Shown here piece after piece: positions 1-12,028 of a stretch of 64,000 nt of DNA (the first letter of the stretch is position 1; each line of letters begins with the position of its first letter). The notes below the pieces were generated by a model that searched no databases, was not told where the DNA came from, and saw only the letters and a list, made by a program, of their open reading frames with translations. Origin of the DNA: an uncultured Trueperaceae bacterium (GTDB lineage Bacteria > Deinococcota > Deinococci > Deinococcales > Trueperaceae); the NCBI GenBank assembly GCA_963815215.1, contig CAWFFU010000011.1, positions 320,001 through 384,000 of the forward strand, given 5' to 3'. The position numbers were made by a program, and so were the translations under genes.

Positions 1-161
1 AGGTGCTGCGGTCGGGCCACCATGCCCGCATCGACGCCTGGCGCCGGCGCGAGGCCCTGAAGCGCACCCTGGCCCGGCGCCCCGACCTGCTCGAGCGCGC
101 CCCGCTCGATGACGACGACCTGGCCGTGCTGGCGGCGCTGCGCGCCGAGCGCGAGGCTTGA
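1..161 (+). CDS. trmD: tRNA (guanine-N1)-methyltransferase TrmD, 3' end (partial)
   Basis: Frame from nt 3 reads [30 protein letters not shown]...*, matching the TrmD C-terminal motif (VLxSGxHxxIxxWR...RTxxRRPDLL); TGA at 159-161. Confidence 0.9.
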   Translation, partial: VLRSGHHARIDAWRRREALKRTLARRPDLLERAPLDDDDLAVLAALRAEREA

Positions 162-301
162 GCGCCGCCACCTCGCCGGGGGCGTCGCGCTCCCGAGGAG
201 CCCAACGGAACGTCCCCGCCGCGAAGCTAGCGCGGCGGGGACGACCGTTTCCGGGGCCCAGAGGCGTCCGGCTGCGGTCCGGACGATCCTCCCGGCACGC
301 T

Positions 302-829
302 CTAGCCGCCGGAGGCCGGTATGGCGCCGTCCTTCTTCATCTGGTCGATGACCTGCGGCGTGATGTCGAGGTTCTGGTCGGCGTAGACGACCAGGCCGCT
401 GCCGCCGCTGCCGGCGGCGCGCGAGTCCAGCACGATGGTGTAGCCGTCCTGCTGGGCAACCTCCTTGATCGCCGTGTTCACCGCGAGGACCGCCGGCTGC
501 GCGGCGTTCTGGATGTCGGTCTGGTAGCGCTTCTGAACGGCATTGAGCGTCGTGACCAGGGTCTGGTAGCGTTCGCTCTCCTGCGGCGTGAGCTGCTGCC
601 CCTGCTGCTGCTTCTGCGACAGGGCGTCGATCTTGGTGCGCAGGCCGTTGATCTCGGTCTGCGCCTGCTGCTTGAGCTGGTCGGCCTTCTTGCCCGCTGG
701 GTGGGCATTGATGGCGGCCTGCGAATCGACGAACGCGATGTGGGCGGGCTGGTTCTGCACGCTCGGGCTGGCCGCCACCAAGGCGACGAGCAGTACGGCG
801 GCGAGTGCGGCGAGGGTGAGTCTCTTCAT
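302..829 (-). CDS. skp: OmpH/Skp family periplasmic outer-membrane-protein chaperone
   Basis: Signal peptide, IAFVD motif, helical coiled-coil body, C-terminal YTIVLD...VVYADQNLDIT. Confidence 0.88.
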   Translation of the reverse strand: MKRLTLAALAAVLLVALVAASPSVQNQPAHIAFVDSQAAINAHPAGKKADQLKQQAQTEINGLRTKIDALSQKQQQGQQLTPQESERYQTLVTTLNAVQKRYQTDIQNAAQPAVLAVNTAIKEVAQQDGYTIVLDSRAAGSGGSGLVVYADQNLDITPQVIDQMKKDGAIPASGG

Positions 830-963
830 AGCGCGGGTAGTCTACCACCAGCATGATGAGAAGCTAGGTCTCGCGAGGTTACGTCTGTGTCACGATCTCT
901 CCTCTGTTCTCGCCCCGGGCCGCGTGCCCTTCACGGCTCCCGGCCCGTCCCGGCAGGACGGCG

Positions 964-2112
964 GTGAACTCGCTCGTAGCGGTTTTCGTCGGCGTCCTCG
1001 GCGCGTTGGTTGGGAGCTTCGGCAACGTGGTCGTCTACCGGCTCCCCCGCCGTGAGTCGATCGTCTTCCCGGGCAGCCACTGCCCGACGTGCAACCACCG
1101 CCTGGGACCCCTCGAGCTGGTGCCTCTGCTGTCGTTCCTGGCCCTCCGCGGCCGCTGCCGCTCGTGTGGGGCGCCGATCAGCTGGCGCTACCCGCTGGTG
1201 GAGGCCGCGATGGCGACGCTGTTCGTGGCCCTCGTGTTGCGCTGGCCCCCTCTCGATGCCGGGCTCAGCGCGCTACCGCTGATGGCGGTATTGGCGATGC
1301 TGCTGATGGCAGCGCTCATCGACCTCGATCACTTCATCCTGCCCGACGTGCTGACGCTGCCCGCCCTGGTGTTGGCGTTGGCCGGCAGCCTGCTCTACGC
1401 ACCGGACCGCGGCTTGCCCACCCCGAACGCCGCCCTGGCCGGGGCGGCGGCGGGCGCCGGGGTGCTGCTGCTGATCAACCGCCTCGGCGCCCTGGTGCTG
1501 CGCCGGTTCGCGGACACACGCGAACGGCTGTGGCCCATCAGCCTGGATCAGGCCAACCTCGCGGCGCTGGGCGGTGCGGTCGGCGGATGGCAGGTCGGAC
1601 TGGCGCTGGGCGCGGTCAGCGTGCTGGTCAACCTGATCGCGCGGCGCCCCGTGCGCCTGCCCGAGGGGCCGCTCTACGGGCTGTGGGCTGTGGCGCTGGT
1701 GCTGTCGACGACGAGCTTCACCGTCGCCCCGGCCGTCGCGCTCGGCGGCAGCGTGCTGGCGGCCGGCATATGGGCCGTCATCGGCGCCGTCTTCTGGTGG
1801 ATCAAGGACACGTCGACCGGCGCGAAGGACGAAGCGGAGGCGGAGGACGAGGCCGACGCGGAGCCCGTCGCGATGGGCTTCGGCGACGTCAAGCTGGCGG
1901 CGGTGCTCGGTGCGCTCCTCGGCTGGGAGGTGTTCCTGGTCGGTCTCCTGCTGTCCGTCACGCTGGGCGCGATCGCAGGCATCATCGCCCGCATGTTCGG
2001 CGGCGACCGCGTCATCCCCTTCGGACCGGCGCTGCTGGTGGGCGGCCTACTGGCGCTGTTCGTCGGCCACGACATCGTGGCGTGGTACCTGGGCCTGCTC
2101 GGCGTGGCCTGA
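964..2112 (+). CDS. pilD: Prepilin peptidase / N-methyltransferase (A24A)
   Basis: GSFGNVVVYRLP, SHCPTC and GRCRSC Cys pairs, LIDLDHFILPD, MGFGDVKL, IPFGPAL. Confidence 0.93.
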   Translation: MNSLVAVFVGVLGALVGSFGNVVVYRLPRRESIVFPGSHCPTCNHRLGPLELVPLLSFLALRGRCRSCGAPISWRYPLVEAAMATLFVALVLRWPPLDAGLSALPLMAVLAMLLMAALIDLDHFILPDVLTLPALVLALAGSLLYAPDRGLPTPNAALAGAAAGAGVLLLINRLGALVLRRFADTRERLWPISLDQANLAALGGAVGGWQVGLALGAVSVLVNLIARRPVRLPEGPLYGLWAVALVLSTTSFTVAPAVALGGSVLAAGIWAVIGAVFWWIKDTSTGAKDEAEAEDEADAEPVAMGFGDVKLAAVLGALLGWEVFLVGLLLSVTLGAIAGIIARMFGGDRVIPFGPALLVGGLLALFVGHDIVAWYLGLLGVA

Positions 2113-2262
2113 GGGCCGACACGGGACGCGGGCCGAATGCGCGGTTGCGGGCCGCCGCCGGCTCGAAGGACCTCAGGCACACCGTGGTAGAGTCGGAACC
2201 ATTCGCCCGGGGCCGTCAGGGCCGCGCATCAGGCGTGAGCCGGTCCCCGGAGAGGGGTGCGC

Positions 2263-3210
2263 ATGGATGTCTTGCGAGTGCCGAGCCTGAGGGGGCGCGA
2301 CCTGTTGTCGCTGGCGGAGGTGAGCTCCGAGGAGTTCCACGGCCTGATCGACAGTGGGGTTCAACTGAAGCGCGCTTGGAAGAATGGCGATCGGCCCGAG
2401 CTCCTGAAGCACAAGACCATCGCCATGATCTTCGAGAAGCAGTCGCTGCGCACGCGCTCGACCTTCGACATCGCCATGGCGCAGCTCGGTGGGCATTCGG
2501 TCCTACTCAGCCAGAACTACATCGGCTGGGGCGTACGCGAGACCATCCGTGATGTCGCACACAACCTGGAGCGCTGGGTCGAGGGCATCATGGCCCGGAC
2601 CTACGGCCACGACACTCTGACCGGACTGGCGCGCCACGCCGACGTCCCCGTCATCAACGCCCTGTCCGATCTGGCGCACCCGTGCCAGTTGCTGGCGGAC
2701 TACATGACGCTGCGCGAGACCTTCGGCGAGTTGCGCGGGCTGAAGCTCACCTTCGTCGGTGACGGCAACAACGTCTGCAACTCGCACATCGAGGCGGCCA
2801 CCCACGCCGGCGTGCAGCTGACCATCGCCTGCCCGGAGGGCTTCGACCCGGACGCCGCGGTGCTGGCGAACGCGCGGGAGCGAGGCGGAGACATCCGCAT
2901 CGTCCGCGACCCGCGCGCGGCCGCCGAAGGGGCGGACGCCCTGTACACCGACGTGTGGATCTCGATGGGCATGGAGGAGGAGGCCGAGGCCCGCCGCAAG
3001 GCGTTCACCGGCTACACCATCACCCCAACGTGGTTCGAGAGCCTGTCGCCGCGCGGCGTGTTCATGCACGACCTGCCCGCCCACTACGGTGAGGAGTGCA
3101 CCGAAGATGCCGTCTACCACGAACGAAGTGTCGTCTTCGACCAGGCCGAGAACCGTCTCCACGCCCACAAGGCCGCGTTGGTGCAACTGCTGGCGGATCC
3201 GGAGGCGTAG
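2263..3210 (+). CDS. argF: Ornithine carbamoyltransferase
   Basis: FEKQSLRT, HPCQ, GDGNNV, DVWISMG, QAENR motifs; co-transcribed with argC and argJ. Confidence 0.9.
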   Translation: MDVLRVPSLRGRDLLSLAEVSSEEFHGLIDSGVQLKRAWKNGDRPELLKHKTIAMIFEKQSLRTRSTFDIAMAQLGGHSVLLSQNYIGWGVRETIRDVAHNLERWVEGIMARTYGHDTLTGLARHADVPVINALSDLAHPCQLLADYMTLRETFGELRGLKLTFVGDGNNVCNSHIEAATHAGVQLTIACPEGFDPDAAVLANARERGGDIRIVRDPRAAAEGADALYTDVWISMGMEEEAEARRKAFTGYTITPTWFESLSPRGVFMHDLPAHYGEECTEDAVYHERSVVFDQAENRLHAHKAALVQLLADPEA

Positions 3211-4287
3211 ATGAACGGGCGCCTTCGCGTCGGTGTGCTGGGTGCGAGCGGCTACGGCGGCGCGGGCCTGATCGAGCGCCTCGGTCGCCACGCCGGCGTC
3301 GAGCTGACGGCCGTGGGGTCGCGTCAGTACCTGGGCGAGCCGATCGAGGCCTGCTGGCCCCAGTTCGCCGGGCTCCACCCCGGCCTGCGTTTCGAGAGCA
3401 ATGAGGCGGTGCTGGAGGCCTGTGAGGTGGTGTTCTGCGCTACCCCGCACGGCGCCACCGCGCCGCTGGTGAAGCAGGCGTTGGAGGCGAACGTGGCGGT
3501 CGTCGACCTGTCGGCCGATTTCCGCCTCGACCCGGAGACCTACACGCGCTGGTACGGCGTCGAGCACCCGCACCCCGAGCTGTACGCCCTGGCGCGCTAT
3601 GGCCTGGTCGAGCTCCACCGCGACGAGCTGGCGGGCGGGCGTCTCATCGCCAGCCCGGGCTGCAATGCCACCGCCGCCAGCCTGGCGCTGGCGCCGCTGG
3701 CGGCCGCCGGTCATCTCGGGCCGAGCGCCGTGTGCAACATCGTCACCGGCGTATCGGGAGCGGGCCGCGCGCCCAGCCAGGCGCTCCACTACACCGAGGT
3801 CAACGAGAGCGCCCGACCGTACAAGGTGGCCGGCAAGCACCGCCACACCGCCGAGATCGAAGCGACGGTGGGGCGCGCGCGGGCCGGCGGCAAGCGGCTC
3901 GCCACGCACGAGCCGTTCACCCCCTATACCGTGAGCTTCAACCCGCACCTGGTGCCGATGTCGCGGGGAATCCTGGCGACCTGCACCACGCAGCCCGCTG
4001 ATCCGCAGGAGCTGACGGACGAGCGCCTGCTCCAGGTCTTCCGCGACTACTACGCGGGGGACCCGCTGATCATCGTGCAGGACGATCTTCCGCAGACGAA
4101 GGCGGCTGCCGGGAGCGACCGGGCGGTGCTGAGCGTGCGCTACGATGCACGTGCGCGAACCGTGGTGGCGTTCTGTGCGATCGACAACCTCGGCAAGGGT
4201 GCGGCTGGCCAGGCCGTGCAGGCGTTCAACGTGGCCTTCGGCTTCGACGAGGCGCAAGGCCTCACGCGAGGGGGGATGTGGCCGTGA
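3211..4287 (+). CDS. argC: N-acetyl-gamma-glutamyl-phosphate reductase
   Basis: GASGYGG Rossmann motif, DLSADFRL, SPGCNAT catalytic Cys, SGAGR, IDNLGKGAAGQAVQ. Confidence 0.92.
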   Translation: MNGRLRVGVLGASGYGGAGLIERLGRHAGVELTAVGSRQYLGEPIEACWPQFAGLHPGLRFESNEAVLEACEVVFCATPHGATAPLVKQALEANVAVVDLSADFRLDPETYTRWYGVEHPHPELYALARYGLVELHRDELAGGRLIASPGCNATAASLALAPLAAAGHLGPSAVCNIVTGVSGAGRAPSQALHYTEVNESARPYKVAGKHRHTAEIEATVGRARAGGKRLATHEPFTPYTVSFNPHLVPMSRGILATCTTQPADPQELTDERLLQVFRDYYAGDPLIIVQDDLPQTKAAAGSDRAVLSVRYDARARTVVAFCAIDNLGKGAAGQAVQAFNVAFGFDEAQGLTRGGMWP

Positions 4288-5432
4288 AGGTGCCGATGGG
4301 ATTCGAGATCGCCGGGGTGACGGCGGGCCTGAAGGCGTCGGGACGCCCCGACCTGGGCCTGGTGTACTCCCCGTACCCGCTGGCCTGGGCCCTGATGAGC
4401 ACCGACAACGTGGTCAAGGCGCCGTGCGTGTCACGCAACCGCTCCCGCTTCACCAGCGGCGCCGCCGTCCGCGGCATCGTCGTGAACAGCGGCAACGCGA
4501 ACTGCGCCACCGGCGAGCGCGCCATCTGGGACAACGAGGACATGGCCGGCGCGGTCGCCTCGGCGCTGGCGCTGGCGCGCGTGCAGGACATGCTCACAGC
4601 CAGCACCGGCGTCATCGGGCAGACGCTGCCGGTCGACAGGATCCGGCAGGCCATCCCGGGGCTGACGTCCGCCCTGGGCGAGGACTCGGGCACCTTCGCC
4701 GACGCCATCCTCACCACCGACACCACCCCCAAGCAGGTCGGCGCCACCCTGCGCGGCGGCAGTCGCATCGTGGGCATCGCCAAGGGCTCGGGCATGATCC
4801 ACCCCTCCATGGCCACCCTGCTCGCGTTCGTTCTCACCGACGCCGACATCAGCCAGGACGACCTCCGCGCCGTGTGGCCCGGCATCGTCGAGCGAACCTT
4901 GAACCAGGTGACGATCGACGGCGACACCTCCACCAACGACATGGCGGTGGCGCTCTCGTCGCGCCAGATCGGCGCCGACAAGCACGAGTTCGTCGAGGCC
5001 CTCGAAGAGGTCGTCGTCAAGCTGGCGCGCAAGGTCGCGCGCGACGGCGAGGGCGCGACACGGCTGCTAACGGTGCGGGTCACCGGCGCCCGCACTGGCG
5101 CCGAGGCCCGCGCCGCCGCGCGAACGGTCGTGGGCAGCACGCTGGTCAAGGCCGCCGTCCACGGCGCCGACCCCAACTGGGGCCGTATCCTCGCCGCGGT
5201 CGGGCGTTCCGGCGCCGTCTCCGACCTGGCCAACCTCCGCATCGGCCTGCAGGGAGTCGTGGTCTACCACGGAGGCCTGCTGGCCTTCGATGCGGCCGCC
5301 GTGTCGGAGAAGATGGCCGCCGAGGAGGTCATCATCGAGATCGATCTCGCCGCAGGCGAGGCCGTCGGCGAGGCCTGGGGTTGCGACCTCAGCGCCGAGT
5401 ACGTGCACATCAACGCCGACTACACCACCTAG
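4284..5432 (+). CDS. argJ: Bifunctional ornithine acetyltransferase / N-acetylglutamate synthase
   Basis: NSGNANCATG, STGVIG, KGSGMIHPSMAT autoproteolysis site, DGDTSTND, DGEGAT, DPNWGR, INADYTT; GTGA overlap with the argC stop. Confidence 0.95.
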   Translation: MKVPMGFEIAGVTAGLKASGRPDLGLVYSPYPLAWALMSTDNVVKAPCVSRNRSRFTSGAAVRGIVVNSGNANCATGERAIWDNEDMAGAVASALALARVQDMLTASTGVIGQTLPVDRIRQAIPGLTSALGEDSGTFADAILTTDTTPKQVGATLRGGSRIVGIAKGSGMIHPSMATLLAFVLTDADISQDDLRAVWPGIVERTLNQVTIDGDTSTNDMAVALSSRQIGADKHEFVEALEEVVVKLARKVARDGEGATRLLTVRVTGARTGAEARAAARTVVGSTLVKAAVHGADPNWGRILAAVGRSGAVSDLANLRIGLQGVVVYHGGLLAFDAAAVSEKMAAEEVIIEIDLAAGEAVGEAWGCDLSAEYVHINADYTT

Positions 5433-5439
5433 CCAACGG

Positions 5440-5480
5440 GAGCGTGGGGGGCGACGGCTGCACCGTCGCCCCCCACGCTC
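5440..5480. terminator. Perfect 18-bp hairpin between convergent argJ and lpdA (likely bidirectional terminator)
   Basis: GAGCGTGGGGGGCGACGG-ctgca-CCGTCGCCCCCCACGCTC; no clear U-tract. Confidence 0.7.
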
Positions 5481-5491
5481 ATGCCGGTCCC

Positions 5492-6883
5492 TCAGCGCCG
5501 CCGGTTGGCGATGTGGATGGCCTGCCCGTGCGCATGCTCCGCGGCCTCCATGACCGCCTCGGCAAGGGTCGGGTGGGCGTGCTGGGTCAGCGCGATATCC
5601 TCCAGCGTGGCCCCCATCTCGATCGCGAGGGCGGCCTCGGAGACGATGTCTCCCGCTCCCGGTCCGACCATGTGGAAGCCCAGCAGCAGGTCGGTCTTCT
5701 CATCCCCCACCAGCTTCACCATGCCTCCCTCGACGCCCAGCGTGGTGGCCCGGCCCGAGGCGGACAGCGGGAACCGGCCGATGCGCACGGCGTAGCCGGC
5801 ATCCCGGGCCTCCTGCTCGGTCATGCCCACGCTGGCGTGCTCGGGGCTGGTGTAGATCACGGCGGGAACCACGGTGTCGTAGCCGCTGGGCTTGCCGCCG
5901 GCATGCTCGGCGGCGGCGAGCCCCTCCTTCATGGCCTTGTGGGCGAGCAGCGGGGCGCGGGCAACGTCACCGATGGCGTAGATGTGATCGACGGTGGTCT
6001 GCATGTGGTCGTTGACGACCTTGACGAAGCCGCGATCGTCGACTTCGACGCCGAGCGCCTCGAGCCCCAGCCCCTTGCCGTTGGGAGCGCGCCCGACGGC
6101 CACCAGGATCTTGTCCACGACGAGCGTGTCGCGCGACCCGTCGGCACCCTCCAGCACCACTTCGGTGCCCTTGGAGGTCTTCTTCTGGCTCACCGCCTTG
6201 GTGGAGGTGCGGATGTGGATGCCCTTCTTCTCCAGGGCCTTGTGCAGCTCTTTCGAGGCGTCGGCGTCGCCCAGCGGGACGATGCGGTCCATCATCTCCA
6301 CCACCGTGACCTCGGAGCCGAGCGCGCTGTAGACGTCGCTGAACTCCAGCCCGATGGCGCTGCCGCCGATGGCGAGGAAGCGCTTGGGCACCTCGCTGAC
6401 GCGGAGCGCGCCGGTGGAGTCGAGGATGCGCTCGCCGTCGAACTCGAAGCCCGGGATCTGGATGGGACGCGAGCCGGTCGCCACGATGAAGCGGTCGGCG
6501 GTGACCTGCTTGTCGCCGACCGTCAAGGTGTGCGCGTCGACGAACGAGCCCTCTCCCTCGAGCAGCGTGACCTTGTTGCCCTTGAATAGCATCCGCACGC
6601 CGCCGGTCATCTTCTGGACGACGCTGTCCTTCCATCCGTTCATGCGCTCCAGGTCGACCGCGGGCTCGCCGAAGCTCACGCCGAAATCCGCGGCGTGCTT
6701 CGCGCCCCGCAGCTCGCCGGCCACGTGCAGGAGCGCCTTGGTGGGGATGCAGCCGGTGTTGAGGCACACCCCTCCGACGGCCGCCTTCTCGACGCACGCC
6801 GTCTTCAGGCCCAGCTGCGCGGCGCGCAGGGCGGCGTGGTACCCCCCTGGGCCGGAGCCGATCACGATCAGGTCAAAGTCCAT
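5492..6883 (-). CDS. lpdA: Dihydrolipoamide dehydrogenase (E3)
   Basis: GSGPGG FAD motif, [13 protein letters not shown] redox disulfide, [16 protein letters not shown] before the ATG at 6883. Confidence 0.95.
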   Translation of the reverse strand: MDFDLIVIGSGPGGYHAALRAAQLGLKTACVEKAAVGGVCLNTGCIPTKALLHVAGELRGAKHAADFGVSFGEPAVDLERMNGWKDSVVQKMTGGVRMLFKGNKVTLLEGEGSFVDAHTLTVGDKQVTADRFIVATGSRPIQIPGFEFDGERILDSTGALRVSEVPKRFLAIGGSAIGLEFSDVYSALGSEVTVVEMMDRIVPLGDADASKELHKALEKKGIHIRTSTKAVSQKKTSKGTEVVLEGADGSRDTLVVDKILVAVGRAPNGKGLGLEALGVEVDDRGFVKVVNDHMQTTVDHIYAIGDVARAPLLAHKAMKEGLAAAEHAGGKPSGYDTVVPAVIYTSPEHASVGMTEQEARDAGYAVRIGRFPLSASGRATTLGVEGGMVKLVGDEKTDLLLGFHMVGPGAGDIVSEAALAIEMGATLEDIALTQHAHPTLAEAVMEAAEHAHGQAIHIANRRR

Positions 6884-7118
6884 GGAAGCCTCCAAGGGTC
6901 GAGAGCTGCGGCGCCCTTCGGGCGAACGTCCGCCGGATCGACCGAGCGCCTGCGGTGGGCCCGCGTCCGGCTGTGCGCCGCACGGCGAGCCAGCGCGCGG
7001 CCCGGTTGCCCATCCAGTCTACCCTTCGGAGCGCGCGGGCCGGATGCTCCACGATCGCGGGCGGGTGCGCCCGCGATCGGCACCGCCGACCGGCGCGTGC
7101 CGGCAACCCGGACACGCG

Positions 7119-7147
7119 TTGACAGGCCCAGGGGGACGGACTATCCT
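7119..7147 (+). promoter_or_regulatory. Sigma70-type promoter for the leuS leader
   Basis: TTGACA (7119-7124), 17-nt spacer, TATCCT (7142-7147). Confidence 0.75.
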
Positions 7148-7153
7148 GCCTGC

Positions 7154-7222
7154 ATGGCAAGTTGCCGTCACGCCCACGTTCGCCGCGCCGAGCGGCTAGC
7201 TCATGGGAGGCCGATGCGCTGA
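7154..7222 (+). CDS. Putative leaderless leader peptide (22 aa, MASCRHAHVRRAERLAHGRPMR) upstream of leuS
   Basis: ATG 6 nt after the -10 box; the only Leu codon is the rare CTA (7196-7198); stop lies inside a predicted antiterminator arm. Confidence 0.4.
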   Translation: MASCRHAHVRRAERLAHGRPMR

Positions 7223-7248
7223 ACCACCGGATCAGGTGGGTTCGTCGC

Positions 7249-7280
7249 CGGCCCCGACATCGGTTCGGGGCCGTTTCTTG
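7249..7280 (+). terminator. Intrinsic terminator within the leuS 5' leader (attenuator)
   Basis: CGGCCCCGA-catcggt-TCGGGGCCG followed by TTTCTTG, about 65 nt before the leuS start. Confidence 0.65.
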
Positions 7281-7343
7281 TGGCGCGACGCACGTGCCGG
7301 GCGTCCCAGAACGTTCCCGCGCGCTTCGTAGACTGGAGAGGCT

Positions 7344-9857
<2,514 letters not shown>

Positions 9858-9873
9858 GGCGCGCGCGGCGACG

Positions 9874-10656
9874 CTACTGAGGCGCCAGCAGCACGACCTC
9901 GCTGAGCGTGGACAGGTCTACCGCCGGTTGCACGATGAAGCTGCGTCTCAGCTCGTTGGGATTGGGCGGTAGTACCTGCTCCACGGTACCGACCAGCACG
10001 CCGTTCGGGAACAGGCCGCCGTAGCTGGACGTCTCCACCTTGTCTCCGACCTCCACCGGCTTCTCGGCGATGAAGTCGGTGACGCGGATGCGGCCGCCGA
10101 CCTCGCCGACGGCGATGCCCTGCCCGCCGCGGCCCCGCACCGTCACGCCGACGCGTGATTGTGGGTCGAGAACGGTGCGCACCACCGCGTTGTGCGGCGA
10201 CACGTTCGTGATGATCCCCACCAGCCCCTCCGGCACCGTCACCGGCATGTTCAGGAGCACGCCATCCTGCATGCCCTTGCTGAGATCGAGGCGGGCGAAG
10301 GCCGGCCCGCTGCTACCTCCGATGACCGAGGCGGTGGTGACGACCCCGGGGGACTGCTCCTGCCGCACCGCCAGCACCTCGCGCAGGCGCTGCAGCTGGA
10401 GCTCCAGGTCGCGGTTGCCCTGCTGCAGCGCCGCCACCGTCTGGTGAAGGGCGGACACCTCGTGGCGCAGGTCGCTGCGGTCCGCGAGGCTGCGCATGGT
10501 CGCTCGCACGTTCATGCCCGAGCGATACAGCAAGTTGTGCGGCAGCGCGACGGAAGCGGAGACGTCGGCCGGAACCCGGCCCACGAAGGCCGTGATGACG
10601 AACGTCAGGAGCCCCAGCGCGAGGAGCACGTACCAGGCGCGAAGCAGACTAGACAA
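9874..10656 (-). CDS. mreC: Rod shape-determining protein MreC
   Basis: N-terminal TM, coiled coil, KGMQDGV..MPV..GLVG, ETSSYGGLFPNGVLVG; follows maf; start placed at the TTG overlapping the maf stop. Confidence 0.88.
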   Translation of the reverse strand: MSSLLRAWYVLLALGLLTFVITAFVGRVPADVSASVALPHNLLYRSGMNVRATMRSLADRSDLRHEVSALHQTVAALQQGNRDLELQLQRLREVLAVRQEQSPGVVTTASVIGGSSGPAFARLDLSKGMQDGVLLNMPVTVPEGLVGIITNVSPHNAVVRTVLDPQSRVGVTVRGRGGQGIAVGEVGGRIRVTDFIAEKPVEVGDKVETSSYGGLFPNGVLVGTVEQVLPPNPNELRRSFIVQPAVDLSTLSEVVLLAPQ

Positions 10657-11224
10657 GGCGGACCCCCAGACGCGCGGCGGCCTCGACCACCGTTGCGACA
10701 CTCAAGCCCACCACGTTGAAGTAGCACCCATCGACGCGCTCGACCAGCGCGGAGCCGCGCCCCTGGATGGCGTATCCGCCGGCCTTGTCGAGCCCCTCTC
10801 CGCTGGCGACGTAGCGGCCGACCTCCCCCGGGTCCAGCGCCCGCATGCGAACCTCGGTATCGACGACGACGGTCTCGCGCTGTCCGTCCCGGACCAGGGT
10901 GTGGCCCGTGAGCACGTGGTGGGCCCGCCCGGAGAGCCGGCTCAGGAACGCCCGGTTCTCGGCCAGATCGGCCGGCTTTCCCAGCACGACACCGTCGAGC
11001 ACGACCACGGTGTCGGCCGCCACCACCAGGGCCCCGTCATCACCGCGCAGCGTGAGGGCGGTCGCGGCCTTGCTCTGGCTGAGCCGCCGCACCAGAGGCT
11101 CGGCGGCCTCGCCGTCGAACGGCGACTCGTCGATGTCGACAGGGAGCACTTCGAACCGCAACCCAAGGGCGCGCAGCAGATCCTCGCGGCGCGGTGAGCC
11201 GCTGGCGAGCACGATCGTCGTCAC
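10649..11224 (-). CDS. maf: Maf family nucleotide pyrophosphatase
   Basis: IVLASGSPRR, AADTVV, GKP, DKAGGYAIQG, NVVGL. Confidence 0.94.
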   Translation of the reverse strand: MTTIVLASGSPRREDLLRALGLRFEVLPVDIDESPFDGEAAEPLVRRLSQSKAATALTLRGDDGALVVAADTVVVLDGVVLGKPADLAENRAFLSRLSGRAHHVLTGHTLVRDGQRETVVVDTEVRMRALDPGEVGRYVASGEGLDKAGGYAIQGRGSALVERVDGCYFNVVGLSVATVVEAAARLGVRLV

Positions 11225-11328
11225 GCCACCAGTGTACCTGGAGGTGACCGCCCGTCCCCACCCCGACCGGACCGGCAGCGCCGCTACCGGACCCGTCGGG
11301 GACGGTAGACTACCGCGGGAGGCCGGAC

Positions 11329-12021
11329 ATGGACACCTTGGAACGGTGGAAGCGGGAGGCCGCGGAGCGGGCGCTCGCGCTGGTGGAGCCCGGCATGCTG
11401 GTGGGGCTGGGATCGGGCAGCACCGCGCGGCACTTCATCGCCGGTCTCGGCGACCGGCTGAGGTCTGGCGCGCTGGATCGCGTCCTGGCCGTGCCCTCGT
11501 CCCGTGACAGCGAGGAGCAGGCGGCCGCGCTCGGCATCCCGCTCACCGAGCTGCCGGCGACCGGGCTCGACCTGGCCGTGGACGGCATGGACGAGGTCAC
11601 CCCTGCCCTGGACGTCATCAAGGGCCTGGGTGGCGCGCTCACGCGGGAGAAGATCGTGGCCTCGAGCGCGCGCCGTTTCGTGTTGATCGGCGACGACCGC
11701 AAACGCGTGGCGCACCTGGGCGAACGTTCGCCGGTCCCCGTGGAGGTGGTGGCCTTCGGCCTGCGCCGCACCCGCGCGTTGCTGGAGGGGCTGGGCGCCC
11801 GAACCGCCGTGCGCGGCGGGGACGCCGCACCGTTCGTCACCGACAACGGCAACCGCATCTTCGACCTTTCGTTCCCCGCCGGCTTCACGCCGCAGGAGCT
11901 GGCGGCCGCCCTGGCGACGCTGCCCGGCGTGGTCGAGCACGGGCTGTTCCTGGGGATGGCCGAGCGAGCGTTCCTCGCCGGCGAGGACGGCGTCCGGGAG
12001 CTCACGCCGGAGCGCGCGTGA
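11329..12021 (+). CDS. rpiA: Ribose-5-phosphate isomerase A
   Basis: GLGSGST, DGMDE, IKGLGGALTREK, TDNGN, GVVEHGLF. Confidence 0.95.
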   Translation: MDTLERWKREAAERALALVEPGMLVGLGSGSTARHFIAGLGDRLRSGALDRVLAVPSSRDSEEQAAALGIPLTELPATGLDLAVDGMDEVTPALDVIKGLGGALTREKIVASSARRFVLIGDDRKRVAHLGERSPVPVEVVAFGLRRTRALLEGLGARTAVRGGDAAPFVTDNGNRIFDLSFPAGFTPQELAAALATLPGVVEHGLFLGMAERAFLAGEDGVRELTPERA

Positions 12022-12028
12022 GGGCGGC

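Noticed and set aside
964..2112. PilD as part of the riboswitch-controlled pilus system
   Set aside because: It is about 34 kb away and processes type IV prepilins; the pilin-like gene has a Sec-type signal peptide, not a class III G/FTLIE motif
3211..4287. LysY of the LysW-dependent lysine pathway instead of ArgC
   Set aside because: The gene sits between argF and argJ, with no lysW, lysX or lysZ nearby
2503..6589. Long alternative-frame ORFs (e.g. 2503-4257 minus, 4145-6589 plus, and many similar ones across the window)
   Set aside because: Shadow ORFs caused by high GC and stop-codon scarcity; they overlap well-supported genes and show no recognisable motifs
7188..7260. tRNA-like or T-box element (GCGGCTAGCTCA...GGTTCG)
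   Set aside because: No complete cloverleaf, T-loop consensus or acceptor stem, and no GGTGGNACC T-box; better explained as attenuator hairpins
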